A DNA stretch of 63,398 nt, filler included, from Reticulomyxa filosa (taxonomy: Eukaryota; Protista; Foraminifera): NCBI GenBank assembly GCA_000512085.1. It is 28 parts of 28 records of this genome, joined end to end, with 100 filler letters (N's around TTAATTAATTAA, not from the genome) between each part and the next. Parts side by side here need not be neighbours in the genome. Positions count along the whole stretch, not along the records: positions 1 to 1,830 come from ASPP01035432.1; positions 1,931 to 3,249 come from ASPP01047540.1; positions 3,350 to 4,463 come from ASPP01018263.1; positions 4,564 to 5,806 come from ASPP01025673.1; positions 5,907 to 7,604 come from ASPP01004100.1; positions 7,705 to 9,376 come from ASPP01015192.1; positions 9,477 to 10,640 come from ASPP01034799.1; 21 more parts are not named here. One strand, written 5' to 3'. Below are positions 1-10,740 of the stretch, one piece after another. Positions within the stretch are counted from its first letter, which is position 1. Each line of letters begins with the position of its first letter. A program made the translations under genes and the position numbers. The notes below the pieces were generated by a model. It was given only the letters and a program-made list of their open reading frames with translations. It did no database searches and had not been told where the DNA came from.

Positions 1-1292
1 ATTCTTAACATATTTTTTAATTATGAGATTAAGTTTTTTTTAATTATTTAAGTACGATTGAAAATTTGCACTATTAAAAATTGTTCAAAAAATTTGATTA
101 TTTATATAAAGCGTGCTATGTTCAAAAATAAGCACACGAACAACACTTTTTTTATTCAACAAATTTTAGAACAAAGTTTGAATGTTTAATACGAACAAAG
201 TGAAAATAACAATCTTAATTTATTTATTATTCAAATGAAACGTGATTTAAGTCGCTTTATATGTGAATAATTTCATTGAAAAAAAATAAAATAAGCTTAT
301 TTTAATGAATTTTGTATTCGCTCATTGATTAAGAATGTTGGTAGTAATTGTAATATAATAAAAATTTTTAATGTATAATCTATTTATTTTAAATAAATAG
401 TCATATACTCAGAAAGAAGCTTATTCAAGACATATTTTTAAGTTGTATATTTTTAAAATCAACTAATCCAAAAAGAATTGCATACAAAAATAACTTTTAA
501 AAAAAGATTGTGAAATGGACTTTAAATGACCATCATTTGCCATGCTGTCTCTTCTCACTTTCTAGTTTTTTCAATTTAGTTATGTCATTGTTTGATGTCA
601 TAAAAAAATTGTAAAATTTTGAAATCTCTTGCTTTGCTTGCTTCTAGCATTGTCTTTCATCGATAAGATATAAAACAGGTATTTTAGAAAAGAATGAAAG
701 AAAAATATCATTTTTTATCAAAAAATGTACAATTTCAAGAAAGAGAGTATAATGAAGGCACAATACATGAGTGCAAACATTTTCTTTAGTTCCTGTCTAA
801 TTGCCTTTTTTGCTTGACTGTTGTGCAAAAATTAAAATTTTTTGGAGTAATTTTTTAGAGCTTTTAATAATAAAATACTGCGATTTGCCGTGCCCTTGAG
901 AGAAAGAAAAGGTTGCATTTTGTACCAAAGTGCAATTTCCTTTATCAGGATCATGCTCCTAGTGAAAGAAGCGCCTTTTGTTCAAGTTGAGGCCTGTTCG
1001 TCTGCTCGAAAAACTAGAGTTCATATTTGTCTCCCTTTTTTTGTGCAAAATGCCTTTATTCTTACAGATATTCATTTTGTTTATATTTTTTAAAACCTTC
1101 TATTTTTTTTTCCAAATATTATGCTTGTATTGATAAAAGGCTATCAGTAATGTAGTGGACAATTTTAATGGAAATGATAACAAAAAAAAAATTGATCCAT
1201 TCAAAAGATTTGAACCAATATTATTGTCATTGGAATAATTACTTGTAAACACAAATAAAACATTTCCAATTATTGCTCTTTCTTTGTCTCGC

Positions 1293-1601
1293 TTACAAGT
1301 TAAATTGATTCAATAAGTAAAGTAATGGATTCGTCATTCTTTCATTTAACTCTATCGCTGTTTTCCTTGTATTTACTAATGCAATGATAATACAACTACT
1401 CAAAATAAACAAAAGAAAACGTGTGAGATAAAGTCTCAGTGAATAATAATCATTTTCATTGACTTGTAATCCAATGTTGTTTGTGTTGTCACAGCCATTG
1501 TAATCTTTCAGTTTTTTTTCAAAATCTTTGAGCTCCAAGTCTATGTTATGTTTGACACTATAGTCATTGTTCTCGTATGGAGGTGGTTCATTCCCATGCA
1601 C
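1293..1601 (-). CDS. Hypothetical protein fragment with one hydrophobic segment
   Basis: 102-aa ORF with plausible composition and a TM-like stretch (FLLFILSSCIIIALV). No recognisable domain. Confidence 0.25.
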   Translation of the reverse strand: MHGNEPPPYENNDYSVKHNIDLELKDFEKKLKDYNGCDNTNNIGLQVNENDYYSLRLYLTRFLLFILSSCIIIALVNTRKTAIELNERMTNPLLYLLNQFNL

Positions 1602-1830
1602 GCTTTTATGTTTTATTTTTTTTCATATGCGTGCATGTCTTTTTCTTTTTTTTACAACGTTTGTTTTTCAAACAGACACATCCATACAAAATTGCATCCA
1701 TTCAATTGTCACAAAACCAACAATTGAAATGGAGTCCGTTCTCAGCACAAATTTACTAGATTCTTCAATTGTCTCAACTATTTTACAAATTTCATCAATT
1801 GAAACTATATTGAAGAAATAAACACGATAC

Positions 1831-1930
1831 NNNNNNNNNNNNNNNNNNNNNNNNNNNNNNNNNNNNNNNNNNNNTTAATTAATTAANNNNNNNNNNNNNN
1901 NNNNNNNNNNNNNNNNNNNNNNNNNNNNNN
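1831..1930. other. Artificial contig linker N44-TTAATTAATTAA-N44 (first of 27)
   Basis: Identical 100-bp units start at 1831, 3250, 4464, 5807, 7605, 9377, 10641, 15462, 18203, 26995, 28355, 30159, 32149, 33761, 35046, 36798, 38260, 39542, 40733, 47893, 49230, 50576, 54329, 56944, 58132, 59703 and 61949. The palindromic core gives TAA in all six frames, and ORFs running into it end in XXX-LIN. Confidence 0.99.
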
Positions 1931-2111
1931 ACTTTAGCAAAAGGTTCTCCAAGGGAAGATGCAAATTATGTCACCGATTTTCAAAAGTAACAATTACAAA
2001 CTTGGAAAAGATTGTTTCAATTTTTTTTTGGAGTGTTTTTGCACGTTTTATGGTGCATGAACAAATAATCGAAGTTACTGCAACTTTAATAGATGTCCAC
2101 ATTGACTTCAT

Positions 2112-3210
2112 TCAAACGGTTCTAGTGAAAAAGCCAGAGAAATTTAAAGAATTAGAAACCTCTTCAAAATTCTGTTGTAGTTCAATTTCATTCGCCTGGG
2201 TAACCAAGCGTCCATTGCACGCCTTTACAATTTTATCCAAGCCGGTTTCTTTACTTCCTCCAAACTTTATGCACCACAGCGAAAATTCTATAAAATAAAA
2301 AAAATTACAATTTATAAATGTTGAGACAAGTTATAATAGATACAAAACTGTCTTGAAGATTTTCTTTTACGTGCTTAACAACACTAATACTTTCTTCATC
2401 TCCTTTGTCATCATCAGTCAGGAAAATAACTGTTGTGTTTGGATCGCTTGGATTGATCAATTGTTTCATTTTTTCGAATGCAGCACTGTATGTAGTCCCT
2501 CCAAACCATGTTCCTGTTTCGGGAGGAAACTTGTCCAAGCAATATTTTTGTACGAATCCGCTCGCCACACGCTCACGTTTTGCCACGACTTCGGCCTCCC
2601 AGTGGAACAACACCAAACTTATCAAATCATTGTTGCTTTTTCGTTCTTCGACGAAAGAATGCAAAGACGAATACACTGATTGATAACAAATAAAAAACCC
2701 CCTTCATTATCATGCATTTTTTTAAAAAATTAAAAGAAACTTAACCAGCACCCAAACGATTATTCAATTTTTTTTTTAAATCTTCGGATTCCTGTTTTTT
2801 TTTTTGTGTGAAGAAAAAATTATGCAAAAAGAAAATTCAATGATGACTCTTTGTACTAACAAGGATTTCAGGCAACGTGACTCTCCAATCATCCTTTGCC
2901 ATACTGAAGCTACGATCCGCGAGCACGATACTGAACAAATGTGTTGTGTAATGTTTAGACAAATGAGCATGTGGCAAACTATGCGTGAACAGAAGTAATT
3001 GCTCTTAACATGTGATGTTCGACATGGCTACAATTAAACTTGTGGCCTTTGAAAACAAAAAAGTTGTCTGTCTTTTCGATAGCTTTATGGAATATTTCCC
3101 CCAGACAATTTCCCTTGGGCATGGCACTTTCACTTTTTTCCTCAGGTATTATTGTATAGTGACTCGGGTGAGGACATTGTTCGCTGTGGTTAAAAATGCC
3201 AAAGGTACAA
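2112..3210 (-). CDS. C-terminal part of a von Willebrand factor A (vWA) domain protein with upstream Cys/His-rich segment; multi-exon, 5' truncated
   Basis: Minus-strand exons give HKFNCSHVEHH-IVLADRSFSM (MIDAS DxSxS, ~2900-2930), NNRLGA-VYSSLHSF, LISLVLF, GGTTYSAAF, VIFLTD, then FSLWCIKFG...LDKIVKACNG to a stop at 2112-2114. An in-frame TGA next to an A-run near 3130 may be an indel error or decay. Confidence 0.8.
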
Positions 3211-3349
3211 AAAAAAAAAAAATTTTCCCTTTCAGCAAAAAAAAAAAAANNNNNNNNNNNNNNNNNNNNNNNNNNNNNNNNNNNNNNNNNNNNTTAATTA
3301 ATTAANNNNNNNNNNNNNNNNNNNNNNNNNNNNNNNNNNNNNNNNNNNN

Positions 3350-3398
<49 letters not shown>
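3350..3398. repeat. (TA)n microsatellite at contig start
   Basis: Direct reading of the sequence. Confidence 0.95.
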
Positions 3399-3404
<6 letters not shown>

Positions 3405-3416
3405 GTACATATATAG

Positions 3417-4437
3417 TTGATTCGTGCTATCTTTGGAATATCAGTCCTGCTCATAATCTCATACGAATCTATCGAAGCAAAACTCTGCTCTCAATTCTAC
3501 GGTCATCTTTGCCGCTCACAAATTGGAGATATTCACGTTACGTAGTTTGATCTTTCTTTCTTTGATTGATTGTCACACACACACATACACACAAATAATT
3601 GCTTGTCTACTTAGACGCTCCCAAGCCAATTGACATCAATGTTGGGCAGCTTCTTGCCTCGCTTTCAACTGCTATTGTCCGACAAGTGCATTTCAAACTT
3701 GGAGGAAAGCGATAAATGCGGCTACCTGTTATTGTACAATTTGTTCAGTGTCGGCTCTTTGCATCATCAATCAGCTCTACATGTGAACATGATAAACCAA
3801 TCTCGAACCACTTTGTCCATGAACCGGACACTTATCTCCTCGTTGATTGTCATTGAGATCAAATTTTTTGGACAACAGCCGCGTACATTGCCTCTCGAGG
3901 ATTGGTGTCTCGGAAATTTGCTGCGAACCTATAACTATTCTGTCGACTATATATATCAGTGGATTTTTCAATGTTCGTTTGTTTATTCATTTCTTTCTTA
4001 TATGCATATAAAATATGCACATATGCGTAGAATTGTATGTATGTATGTATGTATGTATATAAAAGTGCTGGACACGATCCAAAAACACGTCCCAGAATCA
4101 GATCAAAAACTTGCAGTGCAATTTGTAAAGTATCAGGCACACATGCGAGCTTTGACAAGCAACCTGTCGTGCGAACGAGGTATTGCCATGGTGAACGACA
4201 TAGCGAATCGAACAAAGGTCAACTTGAAACCGAACCCAGATCTGATCAAGATGCTTGATCTCTGCATTTGCGAGTCTTTGATACATCGAGTGCAAAGTTC
4301 GCAAGAGGTTGAGCTTTTCTGTGGACTGATGGAACAATATCCAATTTTGGCCAAAAAACCGGCACCATACATTGTCAAAAATCAATATTTATTAGTGAAT
4401 GATCGAATTGTTCCTCTTTATATTCCGTACATGAAAG
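3417..4437 (+). CDS. Hypothetical protein fragment, multi-exon
   Basis: Long open frame (3630-4463) with coding-like GC, interrupted by an intron-like (TATG)n segment at ~3959-4065. No domain recognised; boundaries approximate. Confidence 0.5.
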
Positions 4438-4980
4438 TTTGTCTTTTTTTTTTCCCCTTCCCCNNNNNNNNNNNNNNNNNNNNNNNNNNNNNNNNNNNNN
4501 NNNNNNNTTAATTAATTAANNNNNNNNNNNNNNNNNNNNNNNNNNNNNNNNNNNNNNNNNNNNAAAATTTCATTTTCCATTTACAAAGAAATACTTATCT
4601 TTTTTCTTTTTTTTTTTTTCAACCAAAAACAAAACTTGGCAGATTTCACTTCGAAGAAAATCTTCAAAATTGCACTTGGCATAAATTTTCTTCAGTCTGT
4701 CACTCATCAATTGTTCCCCACAAGCTTCACTACACAAATAAAATAAAATAAAAATTTTTTATTTGTCACATTTCCTTTCTTCTGTGAAGAGTCTTTTTTA
4801 AAAAAAAATTTGGATTGAGGCAAAGATTTTTTTTGTACGTATATGCCTTTGGAAATAGATTTCAAATACCAAATTTCTGCTTCGGAAACATTTATAAAGG
4901 TACTATTTGACACAACATTACACGTTGTTGGACAGGAGAGGAAACAACAGAGCTAAAATATTCCTCTCCTAAAAAAAACG

Positions 4981-5115
4981 TCAGAAAGAAGTTACGAGCC
5001 AATTTGGACACTTAGGCAGGCCTGGTTTTGCAGTTTCACAAAGTTCACAGAAATTATTCTGTGCTAAATTATCGCACGAACAGAAAGGGCATTTCCAGCC
5101 TGCTTCAGACGTCAT
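4981..5115 (-). CDS. RanBP2-type (NZF) zinc finger protein, first exon
   Basis: MTSEAG-WKCPFCSCDNLAQNNFCELCETAKP matches W-x-C-x2-C-x3-N-x6-C-x2-C exactly. ATG at 5115; probably continues through splicing. Confidence 0.8.
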   Translation of the reverse strand: MTSEAGWKCPFCSCDNLAQNNFCELCETAKPGLPKCPNWLVTSF

Positions 5116-5334
5116 TTCGTCACGAAAGCTTGCAAAAAAATTAATTTTGGGGGCTACACGACGTTGCAAAAGACTCCGGAAAAAATTCTGTTTTACTTTG
5201 TCTTAGAGACACAACAAAAAAAAACAGATCAAAATTTTATCACAACAGTTAAAATAATCTTATTGACGTTTGGTTTCAGTTTTACTTAAAAAAAAGACCC
5301 CAGTAAGCATCAAAGCTTGATATTAAAAAAAAGG

Positions 5335-5806
5335 ATGGCAGGAAACGCCAATATGTATGGTTTCTTAACATTGCTGGGCACAGATGGCAACACTATTAAT
5401 AAATTGCGTTTGGACCAACAAGAATATATCTTCGGAAGAGACGAGGCACAGTGTGATTTTATAATAGCTAAAAAAAACGTATCGCGAACGCACGCAAAAC
5501 TGTGGATAGACAAAAACTCTCAAGTTTGGATATCGAATATTTCGACCCGAAATAAGTTGATGAAGAATCATGACCTGCTCGAAATAGGTGACAAGGCGAT
5601 GGTGTCAAACAATGACTCGATAGTGATTGGCGATCGCACATTTATTGTTGAGTTGCTGCCAATCAAGCAACAGCAGCAATTGGCGGTAGACAAAAGCACG
5701 GCATTGCCAAACAGCAAAAGCGAAAGTGTATGGAACGATGGCACTGGCAATTATCAAAGCGGAAAAACAAAAAAATTCGGACTTCAACAAAAAATTAATT
5801 CGCCAA
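5335..5806 (+). CDS. N-terminal FHA domain protein (Ki-67-like FHA), 3' truncated
   Basis: YIFGRDEAQCDFII...NVSRTHAKL...NISTRN...DSIVIGDRTF contains the FHA G-R, S-x-x-H and N motifs. ATG at 5335. Confidence 0.88.
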
Positions 5807-6949
5807 NNNNNNNNNNNNNNNNNNNNNNNNNNNNNNNNNNNNNNNNNNNNTTAATTAATTAANNNNNNNNNNNNNNNNNNNNNNNNNNNNNNNNNNNNNN
5901 NNNNNNATAATATCCAATAGACAATGGAATTGCTGGAATTCCTAACAATACATTGGCTCATAAGACGCCGAGTGTAGATAGAACTTCGTTTTCGTTCAAG
6001 CCAATGGTGATAGAAGTCCATGTGGAAGCACACAGGACGCAATTGTTATTATTGCAATCAATGAAGGCGTCGACGTGTGCAACCCTTACCTCGCCCTGGC
6101 ATTATGATTACACTATTGGCGTCGATATGCTAGGTGCTTTATGTATTGACAATGTGTAGTAGTAGAAGCACAGCTACCCACAATTACCCTACATGGCTGA
6201 TAATACAAAGTGGACGTACCACCACAACGACAGCGACTTGAGCCAAAATGAACAAACGATTTTGACACATGAACATTCGAAGCAATCTATTTTACACAAG
6301 TATATATTATATATATGTGTAGCTCTACATCTACATAAAATTTTGTTGACATACTTTTTCTCCTTGAGAAATTCTGTGATAATCATTTTTCAATTTCAAA
6401 TGCTTTCCACTTTGATCTTATGTAATGAATAGAAAATAATCAAATTAAGCGGAAAAAGATCTTTGACGATATAGACGCCGGTGCATTGAAAGGTCAATTG
6501 CTAGTTTGCTCGTCATTAAATTGCAGGATAGTCAGTTCAATAAGTTGGAGTGGAGTGGCAATTAAAAAAAAGTTATTATTTTTTCATTTAATCATTAAAT
6601 ATCTTTTTCATTTAAAAAAACAATATAAAAACACATTATCTTAAATATAACTTTTTGTCATTTGAAATGATCCATAGATATAAAGTCATTGATGCGCACT
6701 TGAACAGTGCTGCCAAACAAGTCGTATTCGACAGAACGCAATCGAAGACTGGAGGAAAGTTGGGGATGATCAGCCAGCAAACGGCTGCGATAATGTATCA
6801 CAATCTATCGCCTTCACATTAAAACGTGGTCGAATAAAGAGGCGATCCAACTTTAATGTATAATTGATTTTTTTGTTAAATATGTTACATTTATTTACAT
6901 ATATACGTCTTTAAATAATAAATATGTACATATTTTCTTTTTTGTTAGA

Positions 6950-7604
6950 CAATGGACCAGATGCAAATAAAAAAGAAACAACGATGCAAAAGCCAACCCC
7001 GTATTCGAAAGTAGTGAACAAGGTTTGTCTATTTTATTTTTTTAAAAAATATTCACATGTTGTGTGTTTGTATAATAGGAGTCCCCGTCACTGTAGTTAC
7101 ATGTATTATTCACCCATCACACATATACACAAATGGGGTCGAAGGCCACCCCGTTTACGAGATGATTGCTAGCGGTATGTTATGTTGTATATATATATTT
7201 TTTTGTTACATAACGTAAATGTGTATATTTGTGATAATAGGAATTCCCCCGCACAAAGAAAAAAATTTTATTTATTTTTGTTTGCCCCATCCACCATATA
7301 AATCAATAAAAAAAAGTGTTTGAGTGTTGTTATATAGGGAAAAGAAGTAAGGAGATCGAGCTACAATAGGTATATATATTTTGTTATTTTTTAAAAAAAT
7401 AAAAAATTTGATTGTGTGTGCATAGATGCACACGAACGCAAACAGATCCAGAGTCAAAGACGTTATTTTTAAGATTGCGAAAGGTGGTGAGGAAAAAAAG
7501 AGAAAGTATAAATAAAAAGGGAAGAAAAAGGGGGGAAAAAGAAAAATAATAATAATTGATAAAAAGGGAGGGGGAAAAAAATAATTGACAAAAAGGGGAG
7601 TGAA
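6950..7604 (+). repeat. Dispersed repeat or paralogous micro-exon region, homologous to ~51150-51910
   Basis: Shared blocks: gccaaccc(c/a)gtat...aaggtttgt, aataggaattccccc / aataggacttccccc, agatcgagct, agatcca, each followed by a long purine (A/G) tract. Confidence 0.6.
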
Positions 7605-7704
7605 NNNNNNNNNNNNNNNNNNNNNNNNNNNNNNNNNNNNNNNNNNNNTTAATTAATTAANNNNNNNNNNNNNNNNNNNNNNNNNNNNNNNNNNNNNNNN
7701 NNNN

Positions 7705-8101
7705 GATGATGATGATGATGCTGATGCTTTTCGTGGTTGTTGTCTATTGATGGACTACGTTTCGATGGCTTGAACTTCACTCGGATTGGTAAGGCCAATC
7801 GTTGGAACAACTTGACTGCCTCGTCGAAAGGTGTGGTCTCGATTCGATGCTCGTTCACTTGCACCACTTGATAACCGATCTTCAATTGCTTGCGTGCCTT
7901 CTCTGGCGCTTCTTCGGTCACCATCGACACGCACAAGCCTCGGTTGTCCATCCACGGTCTCACTTTTATCCCCAATGTGCTTGAGTGAAACTCAATTTCT
8001 ATCTCCTCCAGTGACTGCATTGGATTATTCGTTTCTCGTGGATAGGGCACTGTCTTTCGTTGTCGCAAAGTTTCATGCGCATCCGTTGAGGTTACTGACA
8101 T
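7705..8101 (-). CDS. PDZ domain protein, 3' truncated
   Basis: IEIEFHSSTLGIKV...GLCVSMV...LKIGYQVVQVNEHRIETTPFDEAVKLFQRLALPIRVKF follows the PDZ pattern (carboxylate-binding loop LGI, GDxIxxVNG-like motif, C-terminal helix and strand). Confidence 0.82.
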
Positions 8102-8734
8102 GACAGTCAACGGCTTGCCAACTTAGGATGATTACAATTCTGAATCTTCCTAATACATCCTCCCCCCCTCTCCCTCTTTTTTTTAGAAAAAAAAAACACT
8201 TACTAAATTCCTTGAATGCTTGTTGTAAATACAATCAATAAAAAATTATTTTCTTTCACACGTTTTAATTGATAAAGTAAAAAAAAACAAAAACAAAAAA
8301 GGAATAAAAAAAAAACAAAATAAAATATTTCCTTTACCGAATTGCATTTTGAAAACATAATCAAATCCTTTATCTTCCATCTAACTTCAGAGTATTATTG
8401 AGTTCTTCAATATTGTGTGTTTTCGATGTAAACTTGAAGTTATTATATTTGTTGATTTTCATGACAATATTATTTTTAAAAAATGGGAAAACATTGGACA
8501 AGACCTTGTATACATTAAATTTTCTAACAAAATTGACCTGTTTATTGTTATCACAAAATCAATTTATATCAAAAAAAGATAACAATTTCAATTTTAATAA
8601 AAGGATTTCTCGTTCATCTTATCAAAGGTATTTAATGAAATGATACATACTATTTGCAATATAGAATATCATCAAACAATATCACAAATTTAACATAATT
8701 AAATTGAAAAAAACAAAACTTTATTAACATGTGT

Positions 8735-9376
8735 TCATCCCCAAACACAAACTAAACCTTTGTATGAGCCATAACATAAATTAACAAAGCTGTTACCATT
8801 TAATTTTTGTTCGCTGTTGTTTACTTTCTTTTTCGATTCTATAAATTTAATACAAAATACTCCATTATCTACTCTCATCACATATAATTCTTTCTTGTTT
8901 GATCGAATATCCCAAAATCGAATTGTATTATCCAATGACCCAGAACATATCACATTTGAATTATCACTATTATTCTGTATTACAAATGGTGAATATTCGA
9001 CAGACCATACAATACTTGTATGTCCATTGAACACTTGAATCTGTTCACCAGATCGAATATCCCACAAACGAACACTTTTATCTTGTGATCCAGATAATAT
9101 TGTATTGATTAATTTATTTGAGCCATATTTTACACTCCATACATAATTTGTATGTCTTTTCAACACAATGATTTGTTTAGTTGTTTCAATATCCCATATT
9201 TGAATAGTTTTATCCAATGATCCAGAACAAATTGTATATCCATTTCCGCCAATCATACCAATATTATTATTATTACCATTGTTATTATTACTTTGTAATG
9301 GAGAAATATCAACACACCAAACACCTTTTTCATGTCCATTGAAAATATGTAATGATTTTGATGTTTCAACATCCCA
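8735..9376 (-). CDS. WD40-repeat protein, C-terminal part (expanded family), 5' truncated
   Basis: Repeats ICSGSLDKTIQIWDIE, LSGSQDKSVRLWDIR and ICSGSLDNTIRFWDIR, ending LCYGSYKGLVCVWG*. Closely similar to 21600-22649 and 56722-56943. Confidence 0.93.
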   Translation of the reverse strand, partial: WDVETSKSLHIFNGHEKGVWCVDISPLQSNNNNGNNNNIGMIGGNGYTICSGSLDKTIQIWDIETTKQIIVLKRHTNYVWSVKYGSNKLINTILSGSQDKSVRLWDIRSGEQIQVFNGHTSIVWSVEYSPFVIQNNSDNSNVICSGSLDNTIRFWDIRSNKKELYVMRVDNGVFCIKFIESKKKVNNSEQKLNGNSFVNLCYGSYKGLVCVWG

Positions 9377-9476
9377 NNNNNNNNNNNNNNNNNNNNNNNN
9401 NNNNNNNNNNNNNNNNNNNNTTAATTAATTAANNNNNNNNNNNNNNNNNNNNNNNNNNNNNNNNNNNNNNNNNNNN

Positions 9477-9690
9477 TTTTTGAAGCATAACATAAATGAA
9501 CATTATAATCATCTTTTAATCTTTTTTTTCAATGGCATAAGTTTAAGACAAGATATTCCATATCTTCTTTTTAATCTCCTTTGGTCATATTTAATTGATT
9601 CTTATTTAATCAAATATCCCAAAAACGAATTGTATTATCACTTGATCCAGAACATATCACACTTGAATTACCACTATTATTCTTTATTAC
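9477..9690 (-). pseudogene. WD40-family pseudogene fragment
   Basis: NNSGNSSVICSGSSDNTIRFWDI*LNKNQL...KGD*: the same C-terminal repeat as the intact copies, with stops (CGA>TGA) and a frameshift. Confidence 0.8.
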
Positions 9691-9822
9691 AACTATGCAA
9701 CCAAAGCAGCTATCAATGTGGCCAGCGAAGGTTGTACCAAAATTGCCACAAGTACTTCACGCATAAAACCAAATGAAAACTATGTGCCATAACATGCTGT
9801 CAATAAAAAAAGATTTATTAAA

Positions 9823-9952
9823 CTATATTTTAAAAAATGGAATAAAAGGGAAAAAATGAAAAAGTAAAAATTTTATCCGGCGTCCGAAGACGCCAGACAA
9901 AAATTCTTACCTTTTTATTTTTTGTCTTTTATTCCATTTTTTTTGATTGTAG
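9823..9952. repeat. ~130-bp imperfect palindrome (foldback or MITE-like) with GC-rich apex GGCGTC-CGAA-GACGCC
   Basis: Left arm aaaaatggaataaaagggaaaaaatgaaaaagtaaaaattttatccggcgtc closely matches the reverse complement of the right arm, aaaaatggaataaaagacaaaaaataaaaaggtaagaatttttgtctggcgtc. Confidence 0.8.
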
Positions 9953-10198
9953 AGCGCCATATATTTTGAAATACACTAAAACAAATTTTATCGCATTTGT
10001 ATTTGTCATTTTTTTGCACAATTATTTTTGAGTTAACAAGTAGATTTTGATGAACAAATATAGCAACTATTTTTAAAATAAGTTATGGAAAGAAAGCGTT
10101 TAATTTTATATTTTGAGTTTTTGCTATTAATTACTATGGAAATAGCAACAAGCAAAACAAAAATTATAGCTGACCTTCATTTAAGATAGCAATACATT

Positions 10199-10640
10199 TT
10201 ATTTTACTTTTATTCGTTTATTCTTTCTGTATTTTATCCACAATACTTTGTCTCTTTCAACAAAAGGTAATCCATTGTTCACAGTATAAAATGTTGCACA
10301 TTCAATAGCTGTCGCGTTTTTTAAAAAAAATTTTTCAGAAAGAAAAATAACAAGTAGATTGATATTACGATTGCAGCAACGACGATTTATGAATTTTTTC
10401 ATTCTCTTTTTGTATCTTTGTTCATTGTCACCTTCGATTTTCCAAACTTGAAATAAGTACAAACCTTCATTTACTTCATCTATGCCACCTTGAACTGTTG
10501 ATAAAAGCAAATAAATAAGATTTACATCAATTTCATGATTCCATATTGCACTTATTTGCATAGTTTGTTGGATATACTGATCATATTTCACCCATATCAA
10601 TAATATCATTTGTGTATATTCATCTTCGCTCTCTACTTTT
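10199..10640 (-). CDS. C-terminal part of an ADP-ribosyltransferase-like family paralog (same family as 25234-26928), 5' truncated
   Basis: KVESEDEYTQMILLIWVKYDQYIQQTMQISAIWNHEID...RCCNRNINL...NGLPFVERDK aligns without ambiguity to KVESEDHNTQMILLTWTKYDQFIQQTMQISAMWNHSID...RCCNHYINL...NGLPYDSRDK. Confidence 0.85.
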
Positions 10641-10740
10641 NNNNNNNNNNNNNNNNNNNNNNNNNNNNNNNNNNNNNNNNNNNNTTAATTAATTAANNNN
10701 NNNNNNNNNNNNNNNNNNNNNNNNNNNNNNNNNNNNNNNN

